From Promethearchaeota archaeon (GTDB lineage Archaea; Asgardarchaeota; Lokiarchaeia; Sigyniarchaeales; SOKP01): a DNA stretch of 64,000 bases. Under the pieces are notes generated by a model. It ran no database searches, was not told where the DNA came from, and worked only from the letters and a program-made list of their open reading frames with translations. Location of the stretch: positions 1 through 64,000 of the forward strand of contig JAHLWS010000060.1 in NCBI GenBank assembly GCA_019057795.1. Direction: 5' to 3'. Below, piece by piece: positions 58,083 through 64,000 of this stretch. The position numbers and the translations under genes are program-made. Position 1 is the stretch's first letter. Every line of letters starts with the position of its first letter.

Positions 58083-59447
58083 TTAATATTTCTTCAGTTT
58101 TTTACTTAAAGTGATTGATACAACTGATAGAATGCCAAGTAGAACGAATAGATTATATCCCGGGATTTTAAATTCAGCTCCATCGTCCCAAATCGGGAAA
58201 TTGTCTTGAGAACCTGCAGAACCATTAATAGTATATGGAGTATCTCCTATACCGTCATCGTTAGCATCAACCCCAGGATAATCTGACCAATAATTACCTA
58301 TTGTTCCATTATCCCATTGGTTATTTGTTCCTTCATCATAACCATTATTAACTAAATTCCCTTCAATCGTGTTACTGAATATAATATTATTTTTGCTGTC
58401 AGGTCCTAATTGAATTCCAGATTCGTCATTAAAGCCTATAGTGTTTCCTGAAATAAAATTATTACTGCTTGTTATTATAATCCCGTTTCCATTATTAGTT
58501 ATAATATTATCTAAAAAGGTTTGATTGTCATGGTATACTTCTATTCCGATAGCGGAACTATCATTAACGTAATTGGCTATCACTGTGTTATTATGACTTT
58601 GCTCAACAAAACATATTCCCCATGTATTATTGTTAACAAAATTTTTTGAAATCCAATTATTATTACTGCTCCCATGGAAACCTATCCCATCGCCACTAGA
58701 GTGCTTAACGGTATTATTAAAAATTATTGTATAATTTGTATTACCTAGACCAATTCCGCCACCATTATTTAACATTATATTTCCTGAAACAATATTATTA
58801 TCTGTCTCTAATAAACTGATCCCCACTTCCCCGTTGTGATTTGCAGTGTTTCCCGAAATAGTATTATTATAGCTATTAGCTATAATTAGCCCATTATCAA
58901 TGCTCTTGCTTATGATGTTTCCAGAGATGGTGTTATTATCACTAGATTCTAAGTATATACCAATATAGTTGTCATGAATAATATTGTCAATTAATTGCCC
59001 ATTATCAACATCTATTGCAAGTTTGATTCCTGTATCATCCCAATTATTTCCTGAATTGTAAAGAGTACAATTTTCAATATTGAAATACACATCGGAATTT
59101 TGTATCCAGATACAACTTCCCGAGCCTCCGCCATCTATTACCAAATCTTCAATAACATAAGGATCGGAAAATGTGCCTGAACCTGTACACCATGAATAAA
59201 TACTCTCTGTAGCAGACCAATTATTGTCAATGTGAATCTTTCCCGAAACTGCTGAGAGTTTCAAATTTTCGGTATCTAAATTAATATCATCGCTATATTC
59301 TGCCCTTTTGCTGCTATTGCCCGTAATAAAACTAAGATTAGTGGTAATTACAGGTGAGAAAGCGAACATGATTCCTAACACGATTAAAATCAATATTATT
59401 GATTTTGCCTTTGATTTCATTTTAACTACTTTTCTTCGCATTTTCAT
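58083..59447 (-). CDS. NosD/CASH beta-helix surface protein with IPGY-TM-basic sorting signal
   Basis: Paralog of 55179..56420 with the same architecture. Confidence 0.88.
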   Translation of the reverse strand: MKMRRKVVKMKSKAKSIILILIVLGIMFAFSPVITTNLSFITGNSSKRAEYSDDINLDTENLKLSAVSGKIHIDNNWSATESIYSWCTGSGTFSDPYVIEDLVIDGGGSGSCIWIQNSDVYFNIENCTLYNSGNNWDDTGIKLAIDVDNGQLIDNIIHDNYIGIYLESSDNNTISGNIISKSIDNGLIIANSYNNTISGNTANHNGEVGISLLETDNNIVSGNIMLNNGGGIGLGNTNYTIIFNNTVKHSSGDGIGFHGSSNNNWISKNFVNNNTWGICFVEQSHNNTVIANYVNDSSAIGIEVYHDNQTFLDNIITNNGNGIIITSSNNFISGNTIGFNDESGIQLGPDSKNNIIFSNTIEGNLVNNGYDEGTNNQWDNGTIGNYWSDYPGVDANDDGIGDTPYTINGSAGSQDNFPIWDDGAEFKIPGYNLFVLLGILSVVSITLSKKLKKY

Positions 59448-59783
59448 TTACCTTCTTTTTTTATCAAATTTCATTATCAATTATAATTATATTTATTGAT
59501 AACGATCAAATTTCTATTGTTGATTATGGAATATAAAGATTATTCTGAAATTAACCAGTAAATTTTTACTTTTACCGGTAAAGTAGGTAATAATTAGGTT
59601 AATTTCATTTATATTCGTTTCAACCTATTAGGGAACAAATCAATTAATATTTTTGCCAATTAGGTTTAACGGGTAATCATGATATAATGATCAAAGCGTC
59701 GTGTTGTAAAGAAAGTGGTATAAAATGGGATAAATTAAACATAAGTTTTAAAGAACAATTTGATTGATTAATATGTATAAAAA

Positions 59784-60020
59784 ATGAAAAATTTAGATAA
59801 ATGGTTTTTATTAAGTTGGAAGAAAGTAGCAATAATTATTATAGCTTGGATTGCTTCTGTTGTTCTACATAATCTTGTTTATGCCATCTTTTCTGATTAT
59901 TTTAATGCGACGATCGGTGGAGACGAGCCTTTTTTCTTTTTGATTGCTATATTTGTAATTCCAACTTATATAGTAGTTTCAATTATCTATACAATAATAA
60001 ATAAATTAAAAACTCCATAG
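59784..60020 (+). CDS. Small 2-TM membrane protein
   Basis: Two hydrophobic helices; HN and EPFFF motifs. Confidence 0.7.
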   Translation: MKNLDKWFLLSWKKVAIIIIAWIASVVLHNLVYAIFSDYFNATIGGDEPFFFLIAIFVIPTYIVVSIIYTIINKLKTP

Positions 60021-60042
60021 ATACCATCCAATAATCTCTATA

Positions 60043-60468
60043 TTATTCAGAAATGTTTGAATTCTCGATTAACTTTTTAACTTCATTGAATTCCTCAATA
60101 ACCCAAGTATAAATAAATTCTTTTAATTCAGCAATATTGTCGCTTTCAGATATTTTATCCTTTAAATCATTGTAAGGAAATCCAATTCTCGTATTCTGTA
60201 GGCGGGCAATTTCAAATCCAAACTTCAATAAAGAATAACTAACAAGCTCTCTTATGAGGGGTGCTGTTAGTATTTTAAGATTTGATGAGGTTACAAAACG
60301 AAAAACATCAAGAGTTACTTTTTCAGCGTCTTGTTCTGAAAGCTCGGTTTCTTTTCGTAATGAATTATATATACGGATAGGTTCAAATCTTTTTTTTTTA
60401 ATTACTCCGGATTCTTTATCCTTGTATAACACTTCAGGTAAGGAATGAACGATTTTATTTTCAAACAT
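60043..60468 (-). CDS. Stand-alone ATP-cone domain protein
   Basis: F....I..SL..ET...LTAPLIRELV...L...G......TRIG.P, resembling the NrdD N-terminus. Confidence 0.75.
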   Translation of the reverse strand: MFENKIVHSLPEVLYKDKESGVIKKKRFEPIRIYNSLRKETELSEQDAEKVTLDVFRFVTSSNLKILTAPLIRELVSYSLLKFGFEIARLQNTRIGFPYNDLKDKISESDNIAELKEFIYTWVIEEFNEVKKLIENSNISE

Positions 60469-60765
60469 AATAAAAAGTTAATTGTCTAAATAATAATTAT
60501 TAAAAGAAAGTAATTATTTTAAAAAATTTTTATTTATCTTTTATTAAATCTTGTTAAAAACATTTTTTTTTATTTAAGGGTCTCGTCTTTATAGAATATA
60601 AGGTATGTTATAGAAAAATTATTTTTAATCTTGAAAATATTGATATATTAGAATTGATTTAGAAGAATTAAGAAAAATAAATATTTATCTTTTGATTTAA
60701 TAATAGCCTTACTTTGCCTAATATCTTTTAAATCTTGATGATAATCGAAAAAACTTCAAATAATT

Positions 60766-62178
60766 ATGTCGAAACCAAAAACAGAGATCATAAAGTCAAT
60801 TGTTTTAAGTGTGTTTGACGACGATGGTCCAACTCCAAAAATATATTGGCCAAGTAATATGGACGAATCTTCGCGATTATTAATTGCAATGAAAACGATT
60901 AGCTTACTTATGGGCGATTCAATATATCAAAATAGTACATCTACAGAAGAAGTAAACTATTTTGGAATATTACCCTTTCCTGATTTAAAGTTTAATGGAT
61001 TAACTTACTTTTTTCTAATTTATGATCCAAAAGCAAGAGGAAATGCTAAAGCGGCTACAATAACTGTGTTAATAAACGAGGAAGATAGGGTTTTTTTCTA
61101 CGAAAATATGAAATATTTAAGAGTAATTATCGATAGTGCCGCCTCAAAAGTTCAATTAACAAAATCTTTAGAAGAAAATGAAGTTATCATAAATGAATTA
61201 AGAGAAGAATTGTTAGAATTTACAAGTGAAATAAAAGACCCATTTTCTTTAAAACGACAAATCAAAATTTTATTTACCGGTTTAGACAAGGCAGGTAAAA
61301 CGGTTTTTCTTCTGGCGGTTCAAAAGCGATATTCTGAGATTATTAAAGCGTTACCGACCAAAGGAGTAGCAAGAACGGAAGAAAAGATATTTGAAGAACA
61401 AAACTCGACTATATCAATTTGGGATCTAGGTGGGCAAAAGCAATATCGCGAAAAGTTTCTCGAACAACGCAAGATTTACTTATATAACGTAGATTTACTC
61501 TTTTACATTATAGACATTCAAGATTCCGAAAGGATTGCAGAAGCAATAGAATTATTTAAAAAAGTAACAGATTCTCTACTAGAGTTAGACGAATTTCCTC
61601 CGATCGTTGTATGTCTAAATAAATACGACCCTGATATACAGAAGTCAAAAGAAATTAAAAATAATCTAAAAACTTTAAACGAAGAAATTAGTAAGATTTC
61701 TGGAGGGTTTTTCGTTAAAATTTTTGAAACCTCGATTTTTGACCATTGGTCTTTGATATCTGCTTACTCTTACGGACTTTCACAACTCAGTCCAAATAGA
61801 GAGTTGTTCGAAAACCAATTGAAACATTTCGCTAAGAAAATAAATTCTGATGCAATACTTCTGCTCAATGAAAACGGAATAATTTTGTCAAACTTTTCTA
61901 AAACAGGCATTTCCGAAAAGGTTTTTGAAATTTCGGCGCCGCATTTCCAGACGCTCTACAAAACATTTAAGGAATTTAAGTTACTAAAACAAGATTTCTT
62001 AATTTCTTCAGGAATAACAAACCAATCTAAAAAAATAATATTTAAAAAGATCCCCGTTGAAAAATACAATCTATATTTGTTACTCTTTATGGAAAAGGAT
62101 TTAAATCTAGAAAAAATCGATAAGAATTTACCAAAATTCTCTAAAAATCTTAAGGATTTAATTCACACCTATATTTAA
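60766..62178 (+). CDS. Longin/uDENN-like + Arf/Rag-like GTPase + roadblock-like fusion protein
   Basis: GLDKAGKTV, PTKG, WDLGGQ, NKYD and ETSI; C-domain LLNENGIILS; paralog of 47109..48632. Confidence 0.82.
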   Translation: MSKPKTEIIKSIVLSVFDDDGPTPKIYWPSNMDESSRLLIAMKTISLLMGDSIYQNSTSTEEVNYFGILPFPDLKFNGLTYFFLIYDPKARGNAKAATITVLINEEDRVFFYENMKYLRVIIDSAASKVQLTKSLEENEVIINELREELLEFTSEIKDPFSLKRQIKILFTGLDKAGKTVFLLAVQKRYSEIIKALPTKGVARTEEKIFEEQNSTISIWDLGGQKQYREKFLEQRKIYLYNVDLLFYIIDIQDSERIAEAIELFKKVTDSLLELDEFPPIVVCLNKYDPDIQKSKEIKNNLKTLNEEISKISGGFFVKIFETSIFDHWSLISAYSYGLSQLSPNRELFENQLKHFAKKINSDAILLLNENGIILSNFSKTGISEKVFEISAPHFQTLYKTFKEFKLLKQDFLISSGITNQSKKIIFKKIPVEKYNLYLLLFMEKDLNLEKIDKNLPKFSKNLKDLIHTYI

Positions 62179-62197
62179 GAGCTTAATAAAAAAAAAA

Positions 62198-63412
62198 TTA
62201 ATAGGTAAGATATTCTTTTCTCTTTTTTTTGCTTGATCTAATTAAAAAAACTATCCCGATTATTACAATCCCTAATATAGAGCTAATTATTATAATAATG
62301 AGAAGATCTGGGGAATTAAAATTTGTCTCTAATACAGTTATTTTTACATCGTAATTAAAAGTGTAAGCGTCGTGGTCGTATGCTACTGGTGACGGAATGT
62401 GTGGGAACTCTGAAATGTAATCATATCCCGGTGATGCCCCCGGCATAAAAAACCAAGCGCCGATATTTAAATTTAACCTTAGATAATCGCTTTTTTTGTA
62501 GTAGTTTGGGTTTTGTGGTTCGCAAGCAATCCATCCAATTTCGGGAATATAATATTCGACCCAAGCGTGACCTAAAAGGGTTGAAGTTCCATTTGAACTA
62601 GCTTGAAAATTAAAGACTTGTCCGACTGTCGGTTGAAGATTTGAATCTGCTGATATCAAATATCCGGTTACTTTTCTGGCGGGAATCCCTTGAATTCTCA
62701 ACAAAGTAATCATTAAAGTAGAATACTCGCTACAATCACCTAATTTATTGTCATACGCCCAAGATGCGCCTTTCTCTAAAGCGGGAAGACTTTCAGAGTA
62801 AGTAAGATAATCCGAAACCCAGCTGCTAATTTTTTGAGCCTTTTCGAGCGGATTATCACTAGGATCAACGATACTATTTGACGCAGCAATTAGATCGGGG
62901 TCGTCTCGCTCGTAATATTCTTCCGTATTGTTACAATATAAATCAAACATTTCGTCAGAAGTATTATAAGTTCCGATGTCTGAATCAAAAATAGAGCCAA
63001 ATGTTACCTCGCTAAGTTTTATCTTATATTTTTGACTTAAAATAATAGTATCAGAAGTAACGCTACTTAGAGTAGCGTTAAATAAATCGTAAGTGTTATT
63101 GAATTTATCTAGCGAACCCATAATTAGAGAATCGGTTCCCGTTATTGAATTGTATAACAGGTTAGATTCTTGATATGGGGGACAATATTGGGTAACCGTC
63201 GAATTCGGTTGTCGATCGTTTAATCGTGCGACTTTAAAATAATAAGTCTGCGGAGATATTCGAGTATGTGTAAAGGTGTAGTTAAGTTCTACTTGATATG
63301 TAACGCTTTTACTAACTTCATAATTAGAGATGCCTTCAGCTGAAGCAATTGACATTAAGTTCATTGGAAAAAGAAAGATTAACAATAAAAATGCTATTTT
63401 ATGAGTTTTCAT
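62198..63412 (-). CDS. Secreted transglutaminase-like protein with C-terminal TM anchor
   Basis: Signal peptide, GDCSEYS, GIPAR and HAWVE..IPEIGW; TM plus basic tail. Confidence 0.88.
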   Translation of the reverse strand: MKTHKIAFLLLIFLFPMNLMSIASAEGISNYEVSKSVTYQVELNYTFTHTRISPQTYYFKVARLNDRQPNSTVTQYCPPYQESNLLYNSITGTDSLIMGSLDKFNNTYDLFNATLSSVTSDTIILSQKYKIKLSEVTFGSIFDSDIGTYNTSDEMFDLYCNNTEEYYERDDPDLIAASNSIVDPSDNPLEKAQKISSWVSDYLTYSESLPALEKGASWAYDNKLGDCSEYSTLMITLLRIQGIPARKVTGYLISADSNLQPTVGQVFNFQASSNGTSTLLGHAWVEYYIPEIGWIACEPQNPNYYKKSDYLRLNLNIGAWFFMPGASPGYDYISEFPHIPSPVAYDHDAYTFNYDVKITVLETNFNSPDLLIIIIISSILGIVIIGIVFLIRSSKKKRKEYLTY

Positions 63413-63582
63413 ATCTATTTACCTTTTTAATTTATTCTTAAAAATTCTTATAAAGAGTATAAAATTATCTATTTTTATTTTTACTGATATTCTTACTAAA
63501 GAAATAGATTATTAAGAAAGGATTTTTACTACTTTAGTATATTTTTTAAAAAAATTTGTTAATCTGTTAAGGGGAAAATACT

Positions 63583-64000
63583 ATTATCTATAAGATTTTT
63601 TTAATTGATTCCGACAATGGGATCTCAATACTAGAAGCTACGTTTAAAGAACTAAAAAAAGATAAAATACCTAACGGTGTCATACCGGGTTTCTTCAAAG
63701 AAATAAACGATATTATTGATGTAATCCAAGCTGCTATGGTTAAGGGAAAAAATGGAAACGAAATTATTAGAATTGTCGAATCTGAAAACTCTACCATTAT
63801 TATTATTTATCATCCCCTTTCAAGAATCCTATTTTGTTCAATTTCTGACGCAGATGATGATATAGATAAATTAATTGAAGTAAATAAAAAAATCACTAAC
63901 AGATTTTGGAAAAAACACCAATCAGATATAAAAATCTTTAGAACAACTTCAGAAAAATCTAGATTTCAAACGATTATTGCTGATATCGAAAATTTGACCC
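63583..64000 (+). CDS. Longin-like domain protein, apparent ATT start, runs to the window end
   Basis: Not in ORF track. (I)IYKIFLIDSDNGISILEATF...GFFKEINDII...LFCSISDADDD...I.NRF; in-frame TAA at 63568-63570. Confidence 0.65.
   Translation, partial: MIYKIFLIDSDNGISILEATFKELKKDKIPNGVIPGFFKEINDIIDVIQAAMVKGKNGNEIIRIVESENSTIIIIYHPLSRILFCSISDADDDIDKLIEVNKKITNRFWKKHQSDIKIFRTTSEKSRFQTIIADIENLT

Noticed and set aside
55179-59447. DGR or CRISPR-like repeats
   Set aside because: Repeats are paralogous gene ends and promoters; no reverse transcriptase, no evident adenine-specific variation and no regular repeat-spacer period.
824-60448. Numerous short ORFs overlapping longer genes, mostly antisense (e.g. 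824..1027, 2687..2983, 18113..18445, 40826..41095, 50095..50319, 53995..54246)
   Set aside because: Shadow frames of well-supported genes with no motifs of their own.
63588-63797. Minus-strand 69-aa ORF
   Set aside because: Antisense shadow of the longer plus-strand longin-like frame.

Overview
AT-rich archaeal chromosomal DNA, most likely Asgard (Lokiarchaeia/Promethearchaeota). The evidence is a single-domain gelsolin, Rab- and Arf/Rag-like GTPases with roadblock or longin-like fusions, and an archaeosortase with IPGY-TM-basic C-terminal sorting signals. The window opens with a tusA-yeeE-dsrE-dsrF sulfur (possibly selenium) relay, divergent from a group 3c hydrogenase/heterodisulfide reductase operon (vhuG-vhuA-vhuU-hdrC-hdrB). 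The ORF track misses vhuU (5031..5183), a 50-codon gene with an in-frame UGA at the Ni-ligand position (selenocysteine), followed by a SECIS-like hairpin. Other content: hypC, cooC (apparent ATT start), ADP-forming acyl-CoA synthetase, GH32, a truncated DDE transposase, an acetone carboxylase-like acxABC operon, tRNA-Pro(CGG) with a non-canonical BHB intron at 25/26, ppsA, an MtrH-like methyltransferase, and a tandem array of beta-helix surface proteins. A recurring signal is accessory genes lying between two diverged copies of a resident gene's 3' end (hdrB, the sulfatase-like gene, and the 12.3-13.3 kb locus), which suggests repeated homology-anchored gene capture from close relatives. No CRISPR array or rRNA was seen. 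All calls are from motif reading by eye; no database searches were run.
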